Source: Bugula neritina
Lineage: Eukaryota > Animalia > Bryozoa
Reading direction: 5' to 3'
Length of the DNA stretch: 64,000 nt
Assembly (NCBI GenBank): GCA_964035545.1
Contig: OZ037769.1
Span: 12,182,633-12,246,632 of the forward strand
How positions within the stretch are numbered: position 1 is the first letter of the stretch; each line of letters opens with the position of its first letter. The position numbers and the translations under genes were made by a program. The notes under the pieces were generated by a model. The model was not told the origin of the DNA and made no database searches. It saw only the letters and a list, made by a program, of their open reading frames with translations. Positions 23,160 to 35,573 of this stretch are shown piece after piece.

Positions 23160-24910
23160 TGTAGAACTGTGTCAGAATAGCCCTGCTTCTATCAATTTTT
23201 ATATCAGAGTCAAACTCAGCATATACAATGACACCTACTGGTCCATCCAAGCCTTGCGCAAACCTTAGTTATAGTCTGGCAGTTATTTTTTCTTATAGGA
23301 TGATAGCAACCATCCTCTTGAAGGTTTAGTGTCAAATGAAATGCCAACAAGGAATACCCATTATTATATTCAGTTCTGATGATAGTTAAACCATCATCCC
23401 GAAATGCTTTTCTTATGCTTTCCAGCAAGAAGAAACAATTTCTAAGGAATGCACTGTGTTTAAAATTAGTCGTGTAAAGTTTTTGAGGCACCATTTTTCT
23501 ATCAACTAAAAGACTGCAATACTTGAGGTTCTTATGTTTAAAATTGAAAGTATTTAAATGATACGATCTCTCAAAACTTTGAGCATCAACCATTCCAATT
23601 ACAATACGTTTAGGTAAAACACGGCTGAACAAATTTTCTTCATTACATGACAGAGATCTAGTTGATATGTTGAATGTTATCATTATAACTCGTCTAATTG
23701 AATATGTCGCATGCTTCAACTGTTTATCTAATTTCTCAATATGTTTAAGTTGAATACCATTGTTCACTTTAACTTTCCTCACAAACATTGATGCATTAAC
23801 TATTTTTAAGTTATAGTTACTGCCTTGTGCAGCCATTAACACAAATGGATTTGTATTTCTAATCAGCTTTACTTACAGATCTACTCTGTTTAATTGATAT
23901 CTATTTTGCATAAACTATGAAGTTTTCCAATAAGTTGAACTGTTTGACTCGGAGCAGTTAAAGCGGCCCTTCTAGCTACTAAGCCTAAGTTTTCATTCTC
24001 AACAGTATCCATAGACGTAGAGGTACCTTTATGAAATAATGCCTTTGAGAGCTGTGACTGTGTTGTATCTGGATTTTTAAGTTAGTCGTAGTTGTCTTCT
24101 TTTACTGTTGTATGTATAGAGAGTGCACAACTCTGTGATATTTGCACCAACATACAGATAGTGTGCGTGTGGCCTGTGTGAATGTTGGAGATATAAAACA
24201 GAGTGTGTATGAGAGAGTTTGTGAGAAGATTGAGTGAATTGCGTGATCGAACATTGTGGACAGAAGAGAATATATGTGTTTGAATACAATAGAATGTATT
24301 AGGGTACGTTAGTGAGTGCTAGCCCAGGGTCCTAGACGGCAGACCACCACAGACAAATACCCTAACCCGAAGTCCTGACTGCACTCCTATAGACTGACAG
24401 AAGCTGAAGTTACCTCGAAGCTCAGCCAAGCAACTCGTGCCTGTATACTGACCCCGAATTCACCTGAAAGCTACAACCCAATTATATTATTCAGTGAGTT
24501 GCAATAACTCTAAACTGCAGATTCCCGATAGAACAACTGTCTTGCTTTATTGCCATAGCTGAGTAATGTTTCAAAGAGAGCTCTGTAATAATAAAGATTA
24601 GAAGCATCACTGATTAACGCATCATTTAGACTTACATCTACTTGTTGAAATAATGTTTGACCTAACAAGTTGATTGGACCAACTGCTGCATCTGCAGCAA
24701 TATCAGTACCATCAGCATTTGTAATTTTTACTTCCAAGTATAAATAACTTTTATCTAAATCAATGCAGTAATTAGAATCTTCAGAAATAGCAAATTTTAT
24801 TGAACCTCCTTCAAATAATCAGGAAGGCAAATGTTCAATGTGCGTTCCTTCCTTCACAGAAGCTTGTGTAGGATGATTAGTGAATAAATCCAATTTAGAT
24901 CTTGTTGTAA
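23160..24910 (-). pseudogene. Polinton/adintovirus major capsid protein (hexon), disrupted by stops, frameshifts and a solo LTR
   Basis: SKLDLFTNHPTQASV; IDLDKSYLYLEVKI; LFQQVDVSLN; YRALFETLLSY; LPKRIVIGMV; FNFKH; EYNNGYSLLAFHLT; VIVYAEFDS. Confidence 0.9.
24061..24535. mobile_element. Solo LTR (475 bp) inserted in the hexon gene
   Basis: TGTT...AACA termini; 4-bp TSD ACTG at 24057-24060 and 24536-24539; removing it restores the frame SYGNKARQSQLSKALF. Confidence 0.88.
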
Positions 24911-24929
24911 ATATATCAGAGTTAGCTAG

Positions 24930-25310
24930 CCACGGTCTTTTTCTCTTCACCTTTCGTTCAGCACTAAGCACAGGTCGATTTCGTTTTCTGCTTTAATTAT
25001 TACCTTTGTTTTCAGCTAGACAGTTTGGATAATTTGTTGAGAATATTTTTACCAGCTAACCTCAAATTCTTATTGAGAGAGGATTTTAACTTATTTCTTT
25101 CCAGTTTTTCTTTTGAAATATTTAAACTATAGTTTTTAAAGCTATCTAACCAATGCTTATACAGCTCCTTCTTTAAGCATAGGTAGTACTGCATTAAATG
25201 AGCCCAAAAATAAATTTCTGATGTCATGTCCCTTTTAATATTCCGCACCAGTAAAAACTGGTATCATAGTGTCATAGTTCTTATAAAATGCATCTGCTTT
25301 ATTTAAGTCA
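24930..25310 (-). pseudogene. Polinton/adintovirus small core-protein remnant
   Basis: IPVFTGAEY*KGHDIRNLFLGSFNAVLPMLKEGA resembles the PVFxG...Q(R/K)GxG motif; basic C-terminus ending SDIF; lies between penton and hexon. Confidence 0.6.
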
Positions 25311-25329
25311 TAAATTCATTAAGGTTTTT

Positions 25330-25860
25330 ATACAAGTGACGAATGCACACGGCAAAACTCAAGTCCGTCTGTGAATGGTACAGGTTCACCATAATCAGTG
25401 TATATATGAACACTTATAGATCCAACATTTTTTGTGATATGGGTAAATATTGAGTTCTGCTACATGTTGTACATTGGTTCACTCAATGCTCTCCGGTAAC
25501 AGGAACAGTTAGGAAAACAGGTACTTCAACATCACCAACAATACTACTTTGAGCTAACTCACAATAAACCATTAAATTAAATATCATGGAATTTATACGC
25601 ATGAATGGGTTTTCTTCTAGCAACAACAACTTTTGGTACAATAAGATCTCCTCGATTAAGATATCTTTGAGATATTTTTGTCAATTCTTTGTTAATATCA
25701 ATGTTTTTATACCCCAACAAACGCTTTAAACTCGAAGAAAATTCACAAGAGATTCCTTTGTTAGGTGTAACGTAAATTTCACATGAGCGCCTGATAGTTT
25801 TGTATATAAGTGTATGATATACTCGTATTATGTTGTTTTGTTTCATTATTACAATACTTA
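25330..25860 (-). pseudogene. Polinton/adintovirus minor capsid protein (penton), C-terminal remnant
   Basis: MVYCELA...IVGDVEVP...TVPV...IYTDYGEPVPFTDG...VH read across frameshifts. Confidence 0.75.
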
Positions 25861-26129
25861 TACAATGCACTTTTGCTGACAAAACTTTGACAGTCTTTAA
25901 GACTTTTGAGTAAGTAGGAAGTTTTAATTGACTGTCAAAGTTATTAACATCCCCCAAATGAAATAAGTAAAATTGATACTTGTTTCAAGCCTGCTGATAT
26001 TTTGTAAAGTTTCCGAGGCATTTTTTGTTCTGCGCTTCATATTTGCAGTCTGTCCAGATGTTTATGTAAATATGTTGTTTCTGTACTAAGTGACTCATGC
26101 TATTCCACTTGTGTGTTCCAATCCTAGTA

Positions 26130-27412
26130 GGGGTAACGGGGGCACAACGGGCCGAATTTTGAATTTTTTGCTCTCATTCGTTTGTTTTTCAAGTTAATAG
26201 TTCAATAATCTCTGGTCTTAATGCTGCATCTGTTGTCTATTACAGGTATCAGTTTGTTGCTTCTATCTTTCTCACAACTTTCAGAATAATGACATTTTCA
26301 TGACGAAAAAATCGGCCCATTCTGCCCCCGTACCGGGGTACAATGGGCCACTGGGTGGGACACAACAAATATATTGAAACTTTGCTGATTTTGTTGCATC
26401 TGATCTTTATTTATTTAATATTATAAACAAATAAAAATGTTCTTTCAGATCTACAGCAAAATTCATGTTTTAGCTGTACAGTTTGTGCCACCACAGATAG
26501 CAGAGGAAGGTAAAATCAAACGCACATCGCTCAGTTCTATGGCGCCATTATCATTACTGTTTAGAACTAAAAATTTTTTTTTATTTTCACTTCAGAGGAA
26601 CTTTTATCAGAAAAAACTTTAGTAACATGACCTACAAAATTGCGAGTGGACTTTTTTCTATGAACTCTAGCTATAATTGGTGCATATGGCTGTGGTTTGT
26701 GGCTGAAGTACGGAAGGGAGAGGGGGAAGCAAATGAGTAAATCGCAATTTATTTTAGTCAAAAAAATATATATTCCCCAAATCATATAATATACAATGAA
26801 TATAATGACTATCTACTAGTATAGCAACAGCAGCCTGTTTTGTATTAAGTATAAAATGGCAAAGCTTTAACCTCACCAGATGTATATATTAGGGGAGCTT
26901 CACCTTGTAGTTTTGTAGTCTTACCATGATGTCTTTGATATTTTACAAAAAGGTCAGAAATGGCTATATCTATAGATTTTAGTAACATTTCAACCAATTT
27001 TTTGGGCAAACAAACTAATAACAGTGATCAGGGTGCAATAACCAGATGGCCCATTGTGCCCCGTGTGGCCAAATTGAAAATAAATGTGGCTCAAGGAAAA
27101 TTTATTTTAGCGTTTGCTGTTATACTAGTTAAGCAATGTAGGGACAAGCAATGGCAACAATTTCAGTAAAATTTAGGCTTGTTACCTTTGAGTGTAAAAA
27201 GTTATAAAGCTTTAATGACATCTTAAAAAATTTACAAAAAGTAGGTAAAAACAGTTTTTTACTTGCCTCTTCAACACGTATGTTGAAACTAAAATGGCTG
27301 AATAATTATGTCACTACCTTTTTATGAAAAGAAAATCACAAGTTCTCTCACAATTTGGCCGGCTTTTTGTACCCCTATGACCGTTGTGCCCCCCCCCCCC
27401 CCCCGTTACCCC
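26130..27412. mobile_element. Non-autonomous DNA transposon (Tc1/mariner/pogo-type by TA TSD), 1283 bp
   Basis: TIR GGGGTAACGGGGGCACAACGG / CCGTTGTG(C)nGTTACCCC; TA on both sides; internal copies of the TIR motif; absent at the paralogous site (~11880); no transposase ORF. Confidence 0.9.
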
Positions 27413-28217
27413 TATATATCTGTATTGAAGTGCTTTATGTTTATGTTAGTGTTGGGTTAACAATTAAAATTTTTTATTTCTGGTTTGAATTTTCTATTTA
27501 CTAATAAACTAATATTTTTTCAATTATTTATCTGTTTTTTTAGACTATGCTCAAGATTTTTACTGGCCATTCATAAAGAAAGCTGTCAACTGAAGCAGGG
27601 GTACAAAGCTGGTGTAATATTTTATATACTTCGGGCAGATTGTGTGAAAATCGCTTATATCTCATAGACTGCATTTACTAGTTTATAACATAGAAAAACA
27701 CTATGGATCTTACAAGAACTTATGGGCTTTTTGCACTACTATTGTTTTTCCTATTACAGCTACCAGTAACATTTCAGCTATTTGTATATAGTTTATAATC
27801 TTTGTATGTATGAAGACAATAAATTAAACTTTTGTCTAATCTTTTACTCTATTGCTTTATTTTATTCAGTTTTCTATAACTTTAATCGAATTGGAGATTT
27901 AATTATTGTGGATAACAGCTTTTATTGCAGAGTATAAAATTAAGCATGGGTTGACAACTTCTCTATGAGCTGGTATTCTGCATACACATCACCTCTATTG
28001 CAGCCTAGCTATTGTAAAGAAAGTAAAATTGTATTACTGCAGCTGTTGTAAGCAAATTGCTGCAGTTTGACATCCAAAGTATTGCCCAAGCCTTTGCTCC
28101 CTTGTAACTCATAAAAGTGGTGATGACATCATCAATATACTTATCAAAAATCAGCAATATTGACGACACCGTTAGGATTGGCAACTGTTTGGTAGATTAT
28201 AGTAATGGTCAATTAAA

Positions 28218-28327
28218 GGATCGATCGTGGTCTATTTGTTAGAGCACTGGCTTAGTAAACACAGGGTCAGTGGTTCGATCCCAAGTAAAAGCCATTGGTG
28301 ATGTTGGGAAGAGCATTCAGTCATAAT
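28218..28327 (+). mobile_element. tRNA-derived SINE fragment
   Basis: A-box-like TGGTCTATTTG; B box GGTTCGATCCC; then body TGGTGATGTTGGGAAGAGCAT shared with 35290-35404. Confidence 0.75.
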
Positions 28328-28718
28328 TACTCCTTTGCCGCAATAGAAAAAAGTTTATATTTTTTCGAATTAATAAAACAATTCTGCCTGCATAAGAACA
28401 CAAAGTTTGAAAAGTATTCAAATTTTATTTTGCAGTAAATAAAACATGTAATTATGTTGTACAGCGAGCAAGAATAGAAATAAAATTGAAAATTACTATA
28501 GCAGGGAATATTTATAGCCCAAGCATCTAACATTGTTTTCATTTCGTGTAATTTAAAACATGAAGCAAAGCACTATCTAAACTTTTATACTACAGACATA
28601 GTTTTAGCAGCAAATCTCTAACACTAACTAATAATATCATATTAATAATATAATTATACAGTATTTCATCTTGTATAGGTTATAGAACGGTTCCGGGGTG
28701 GTGAAGACATAACAGCAA

Positions 28719-30448
28719 CTAACAGTAACTGGGTACATCAAACACACTCTCATCCTGTATACCATTAGTAATATTTCCATACTGGAAGGCGATCATCTGA
28801 GGCACTGGAAATGAAAAATAGTATAGAGTATAGAAGGTAATATGAGTACAATTTTCATGATTGGTTTATTTTGTAGTATAGGTGTGGGCACTGCATGCCT
28901 TTTAATAACTTCCATATATAGCATCTATGATCTAGGTCTACGATCTGTAAATATTATCTATATATTTATCATCTATTATCTATTATCTATGATCTATATC
29001 TGTGATACATCTTCTATCACCTATTAGTGGTATTTTTGAGACCTAAAGTGATTCTCAAAACTTTGGAGCATGCGAAGTTCACATTAGTTTAACAAAACAG
29101 GTGTTTTTTACCAGTGAGGAGAGAGGCAATGTAATATGTATAACAAATTACTATTTATCTTGTAAACAAAACAGTGTAGGTGTATATTACACTTACCTCC
29201 AGCAAACATTTGCTCAATCAGTTCAGATACAATAGTAAAACTGTCTCTCAGAACAGTTATTACAGTAGATCTGTCTTTCAATGTCAGTTGGTACGTATCT
29301 GTGATTTTATCTCCGACATTCCAAGAGAAAAGGTGAGTTAAAGACTCTTCAATACAGCATTATGATGTTAAGATCATGTATTAGATGAGTGAATATAAGT
29401 ACTCTTTGAGGCTTGACATATAGAGGTAAGTGCAGTAATTGAGAAATTGAGAGAGACCTCTGTTACAGGTTAAAAATAACGTAATGTTACAGCGAGAAGT
29501 TTACTCGACAAAAGGTTTACTTGGTGACCCAAACCAAAATGTATCAGGAGGAATTAAAAACTTAGCCAATGAAAATATCTCTACTATTTCACTTAAATGG
29601 ACAGATATGCGTACAATTTAATTATATTCCATTCTTACTTGAGTAGATGGGAGAACTTACTTGAATCTGAGCAGATCTGAGTAATTTCCCGTGACTCACC
29701 CTTAGTACACTTCATATGTATTGTATCGACTACATACCCAACATCCTACATGTAGCATAATAAATATTAGTGTTGCATAGTTTACTCTATTTTAAATGTT
29801 AATAACATAGTCAATAGAAATGCTTAAAATAAGCACAATTCACACCTGCAAACTTGTATATAGGAAGCTAGCATAGAATTAAAGATGATATTTACTGTTG
29901 TTATAGGTACTACAATAATGTACTATAAAAATGTACTCAAGATGCATAGTATGGTATGCCACTTGATATTTTACTAAAGGAATATAATATTTTGCTAATC
30001 GCTGAATATAGTGACTAACAACTAAATAGCTCAAACTACACAAAGTAAATTCACACAAAATAAAAAAAGAACTAAATGTACCCGATGACTATATTGTACT
30101 CTTAAGTCGTCTAAAAGTTATTTTTATGCAATTTACGTTCTTTAATATGCAGTGCAATAATTATATTCATGTACTTACGCTGAAAAATAGGACAGTGTAG
30201 TTTCCAACAAACTTTCCATCTACGTAAACAGATTCCCTAAATGCTGCCCGATTTTTGGAGTTGTCTACCGCTACTGTAGCAACTACATCAGCAACCAAAC
30301 CAGTTCCCTGCACCACCTCAGCGAGTTTACCATAAACAGAGCTTTCATATTTCAAAGGCACACACTTTCTCTCATTGTGAGTAGCAGGGACAGTTAGAGC
30401 AGAGACTGCCACAATAGCGAACAGCAAGCAAAGAGATCTGGCTAGCAT
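28719..30448 (-). CDS. Ependymin-related protein (EPDR) copy B, 196 aa; exons 30448-30179, 29745-29661, 29346-29197, 28804-28719
   Basis: Same exon lengths and phases as copy A; open frame; signal peptide, CVPLKY and C-terminal GIQDESVFDVPSYC. Confidence 0.88.
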
Positions 30449-31772
30449 GGTTACTGTTGAGTGTGTAGAATCTTTGGATAATGAATATTTTGATAGTGCT
30501 GTCTCCTTTTATACTGAAGAGGGGTTTAACTGCAGACAAAGATTGTTATCTTTACAGGATTGCATCATTATATTGTTATCAGGAAGGTTTATTAATTATT
30601 TTATATTCTAGACAGTTTTCATTGTCACGTGATACTCGTTATCAGCTGCTATCAACATGGCTTATTCATATATGTGGAGTGGAAAATAGTTTTATTCCGT
30701 TTCAGTGGTAAATTACTTCACATGTCCATTGCATCACCATTATCACCATCATGGTGCAATCTATAAAATGGTCCTAGTCATGTGATTATGCCAACTGCCA
30801 TTAAAGTCTTTACCATAATATTGTCTGACTTTCAGCTTTCTTGGAGGTTTTAGCTACAATGTTTTATTTTTATGCAATGTTATTTGTTGCATGTTGTCAT
30901 GCTGATATCCGTGAGTCACCATAATAAAAGAAAACATTTAAAATAACACAATTAAAAGCTCTTTATGCCAATGTCTTTGCAGTATAGCTCATATGTAGCT
31001 CAGCTAGTTTAAATCCTTAATTATCTCTTTGAAAAATTGAGGCTTTTTGTATTGGCCTCTCACTATGCTAGAACATGGCTTTGCCAGAAGCAACGTGGCA
31101 CCACCAGCTTGCCAGGGAGGTAGGTGCAATAATGGAGAAATTGAGAAAAGCCTGTATTCTAGATTAGAAATGGATCGCTGTTAAAAGCACAGTTTATTAT
31201 CAAAACACAAAATACTAACATAAAATTATGAGTATATGAAGTCATATTGCCAATTTCATCAAGGTTGTTGAAAGTGAAATATATTATATATATAACAGAT
31301 AATTCATATTGCCTTTAACTACAAATTTGTTTCATGATTGTGTTTTAAAATTTGTTTAAATATAATATCTTTATGATTTAAAAAGCCAACTGACTGCACA
31401 CTAACAGAGAATTCACAATATCATAATCAAAGCAGCTAGTATAACAGCAACAGTGGATAAAATCATTGGAGCCCAAATTACTATAAGGCTATTATTTACT
31501 CATTACCAAGTTTCCTAAAAATTTAACAAGCAGAAAAACTTACACATGCAACAGTAAAATTTGTTTACCCAGAAATATTAACAACACATATGTTGTGATT
31601 TAATGTATTTCAAGCATTAATGAACCTGGTATATAACTTTCAAACTCTAGAGTCACTTGAGCTCTCTGCCTAGAATAACCTTTAAATAATTTTCTTTTGT
31701 TGAAGCATCAGTATATCTCAATGTAAAGGTGTGAGCAATGGCATTTTGTTCAGCTACTGTGCACAGATTGAG

Positions 31773-32765
31773 TTTGTTTGTTTGTTTGTTTGTTTTCATT
31801 TTGTCGAAGTCGGGAAAAAATTAATTGAGAAAAAATAAACAAAATGACAGGGCCTATGGCGCAATAGCACTGTAACTAGTCGAGGCACCGAGCCATGAAT
31901 GGTTGACAGTCAGCTTATTATTTTCTATTATATGAGATTTTTCTAGGTTTTTGGAAAGTTTTAGCAACTCAAAGAGTATTATTTTTTTATCTGGAAATTT
32001 GCCATTAGGTGGTCTCTTAGGGCAAGTTTGAAACCAGCCTCCCTCTCTACAGCACGAATAGAACTATGCAATTTATTCCATAGCGACGAACATTGGAATT
32101 CCACTCTTCGTTGACCTGCAGCAGTTGATGATGGAGGAGTTTGTAGGCTGAACTCTGAAAATCTTGTGGGATAGTTATGTGTGAGATGTGTTAGTTGAGA
32201 GCAGTAAAGTTTTTGTGAGAGCAGTATTAGTTTGAATTTGTGTAGAGTGTGAATAGGCATGATTGAAAAACTAAGAAACAGTGGTTTAGATGGGGAAAAG
32301 TGATGCTTTTTATATATAATTCTCAGTATTTTCTTTTGTAGTAAATGTAATGGTTCAAGATAAATGTTTGCTGTATTACCCCACGATTCTAGACAATATG
32401 TTAATTTAGAATTTACAAAAGAGTTATATATTTGTATTAGAATTTTTCGAGGTAGGTGATGGGAACATTTACTTATCAAGCCTACTAAGGGCCTTAGGTT
32501 TTGACAAAGTTTGCTGCAATGTTGTTGCCAAGAAAGATGTGAATCTATTATAATACCTAAGAAGGTAGTTGATTTTACCTCTACTAATTTTTTGTTGAAC
32601 ATTTCTAAGGCAAAGCCACTTAAATCTTGTTTATTTTGCGCTGTTTTGATTATCATATAGTTTGTTTTACTCATGTTTACAGTTAATTTATTTTTATTGC
32701 ACCAAGTTTCAATTTTCTTTAATTCACAGCTTATGATGTCTATATTGTTTAATAGATTTTTTTAT
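31773..32765 (-). mobile_element. 5'-truncated LINE (CR1/L2-group), related to 18470-19300; contains ORF 31979-32674
   Basis: SKTNYM, TFLGIIIDSHLSW, LTYCLESWG and LQKKILRII are RT C-terminal motifs; shared 3'UTR; (CAAA)n tail. Confidence 0.88.
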
Positions 32766-34029
32766 TCAAAGAAGAGTTATATATAATAATAATATAGAAA
32801 TATTTTGGTGCAAATACAACTTCCTTAATGTCAATACATATGCAAGTAGTACTGACAGCTATATAGATTGCATCATTATATCTAACACTCACAAGACCTG
32901 GTAATTGATAATTTCATCATCATGAATACCCAGACTGTAATTTCCACATGATGAGGCCATATTATGTTGACATGAGACTTACTAAATAATCATATGACAA
33001 AAATAAAATTGACTAGACATGTGATGAAAATACTTGCACAATATTTTATCAATTAGCCCAGTTTACTGACCACATCCTAAGAAACATCTCTTAGTTACAG
33101 CATACATTTTATAATATACAGTTTTTTCCACGGTTTGTTTGATATAATATGGTATGGACGATTTCAAGCTGCATGTTCATCCTACACTACAAACAAAGAA
33201 ATGGTATATAATTCTAAAATTATAACATATGGGCAATTTTGAAGCTGTCTATATATAGCAATTTCCTATATTAAATATATATCAGTTAGCAGTCTAATGA
33301 GATGCATTGGCTACACTGCATGGTACTAAATTCGCAAGCTTATATATACCTAATTTCTAATGCTTTATTGTTACTATTAGGCATGCATCATTGTTCTTTA
33401 ATATTAGTAATTTTATTTGTGTTTCACTCATATGCAAATATATTCTAATTTTAGAAGCAAAATTTTGCTAATAAATTACAATTTTCAACAAATTATTGCA
33501 ATGCATAGTTGTGAAAAAGTTTATATTTCTTGCTAGGATTCCAAATGTATTCGTTAAGCAGCTTATCATCTGAGAAAATATTGAAAGCATGTGTCCCATT
33601 TTAAATTAAAACTCAATTAATATCCAATACTTGTTATAGAAATTCATCTAACCCAAACATGATGTATATGTTTCTATTATATATATAACACAGCAACTCA
33701 AATGCACACAATATCTTTTTGAAACTTTGCTAATCGAATATTTGGGAAGTAATTTTGCTGTATGCATCAAATCAGTGAAGAAAATAAGGAATTCCGCTTT
33801 GAACGGCTATTCTAGGCATAAAGTTATCGTCCATGTAGATAAGATATATGGAGTCGATAATTATATTGATATTGAATTAATCAGGCCTAGAAAATGATCA
33901 AGTGATAATGCACGTTAAACAGTACCATTTTGATTAAATCTATGCTATTAGGGGTGGAAACAAAATTTTACACTTGCACACTCACATAATACTTGTTTAT
34001 ATTTGCTTTATTGGCTTTTAAAATTTATT

Positions 34030-34285
34030 AACCTCAAGGTCCAAACCCCAAACCCCAAACCCACACACCCATTAATCCCAACCTTTAACCCCAACCCCAA
34101 AATCTAACCCTTAAACTCCAAACCCATTAAGACCCTTAAACCCCCAACCTTCAAACAAAATCCCCATCCCAAACCCCAAACCGTGAAAATGTGCCATTTT
34201 ACCTACTTTTCCGATTGTGCCATTATTGCCTGTGCCATTGTTACCCGTGCCATTTTTATCGGGCAATTTTTATAGGGGACACCAC
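34030..34285. repeat. Degenerate AACCCC/AACCCT repeats followed by GTGCCATT subrepeats; likely the end of a non-autonomous DNA element
   Basis: Runs such as aaccccaaaccccaaaccc, then four GTGCCATT motifs ending GGGGACACC. Confidence 0.55.
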
Positions 34286-35289
34286 TATAAACTACTAAGC
34301 TCAGGATAAAAAAAGGAAATATTGCAAAATTCATATTTCATCAATTTTTAAAACTTTGCATAAAACCGCTGTGACTGACAAACATGTAGCATTGTATTTT
34401 ATAATAATATATTATTATAATCAAGTATGAGACATTATACTGTAATATCTACATTGTATATGCACAGCACATATTTGCAAAGTAATCATTTATATTAAAT
34501 GAAATAATGTTACTTATATCTTACCACTATACTTAAAATTTAAAGCAAGTTCAACACATCTCTAATAAAATACACTTTTCTTTTCAAGTGCCCATAACAA
34601 AGCGTGAAATTAAGTATTGGGCAACATTACTTTTAGAGGAAACAACTTCTTAATTAACATATTTGTGGTAAAAACAATGCAATGTTCTGAACAATCAAAA
34701 CAACTATTGTATTATAGATAGTTATATATATATACAGAAATTAGAGGTAATAGTAACAATGGACAATAAATTTCCTTATATGATTGCACTTTTCTCCCAA
34801 CTATTGCTAAAATTAATAGATTATTTAAATTAAGAAAAATGGAGGTACTGAATGATATTTATTATTTCAGTATTCCTTTATGGCAAACTATATGCGTATT
34901 TTTATTATCTTTTTGCATACTCTGCTTAGCGCTGCAGATAACTTTGTGTACTCATAAGTTTGAATTCAATAGGTTTTATTTATTTAAAACGCAACTTAGT
35001 TCTAGCAGGTAGATACTGAATTGTTTGAATATTGCAATATATAGTTGTTATTGAGACACTGGGAAGAGCAACAGTGAGGGAATTGATATCATTATTATTT
35101 TTTTGAAGCTCCTAAGTTCAAGTCATGTAATTTTATATTTCACAGTTTATTTATAGGAACATATTTTTTCAATAAAACTCATCTTCAAGTTTAAAAGTCT
35201 CTATTATTGTGAGAAGTATTCATAAATGAAAGAGTTTTTAAGTAGGCTAAACCTCAGACCATGCTGGCAATGTGGTCTGAGGGCTTTTA

Positions 35290-35404
35290 CTGTAGCTCAG
35301 GAATAGTTGTGTACAGATGCTTTTCCTGACATCACCAGTGACTAGGGCATGAACCCCACGATGTGCGTCAGCATAGGCCCTAACTACAGGCTACAGCTGC
35401 TTCC
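35290..35404 (-). mobile_element. Degenerate tRNA-derived SINE
   Basis: Minus strand GGAAGCAGCTGTAGCC...GGTTCATGCCC...TGGTGATGTCAGGAAAAGCATC. Confidence 0.6.
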
Positions 35405-35573
35405 TCCATTTATTACTATATACTATTATATTGTTTTAGATATAGTTTTAACAGTATAGTCTCTCCCTTCTTTATATTGCTGTAAGTTTTAACTGAAAAG
35501 TTATTGAACAAACATGTAACTTTTCAACTTTAGCTAAGCAGATATAAGCCAAGTCTAAATAATAAATTTTTAG

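Larger units (their letters stand above)
22720..25860 (-). mobile_element. Decayed Polinton/Maverick (adintovirus-like) virion-gene module
   Basis: Co-oriented remnants in the order penton, core protein, hexon, adenain. It may extend left to ~21430, but no termini, polB or integrase were recognised. Confidence 0.88.
25870..33920. repeat. Tandem segmental duplication unit B (orphan UBL5 last exon at 27544-~27830 and EPDR copy B)
   Basis: Collinear with 11632-21130; lacks UBL5 exon 1. Confidence 0.9.

Noticed and set aside
28218-28295. tRNA gene
   Set aside because: Has A/B boxes but no convincing cloverleaf or T-run terminator, and continues into a SINE body.
34030-34185. Interstitial telomere
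   Set aside because: Irregular AACCCC/AACCCT mix rather than a clean TTAGGG array, joined to transposon-like subrepeats.
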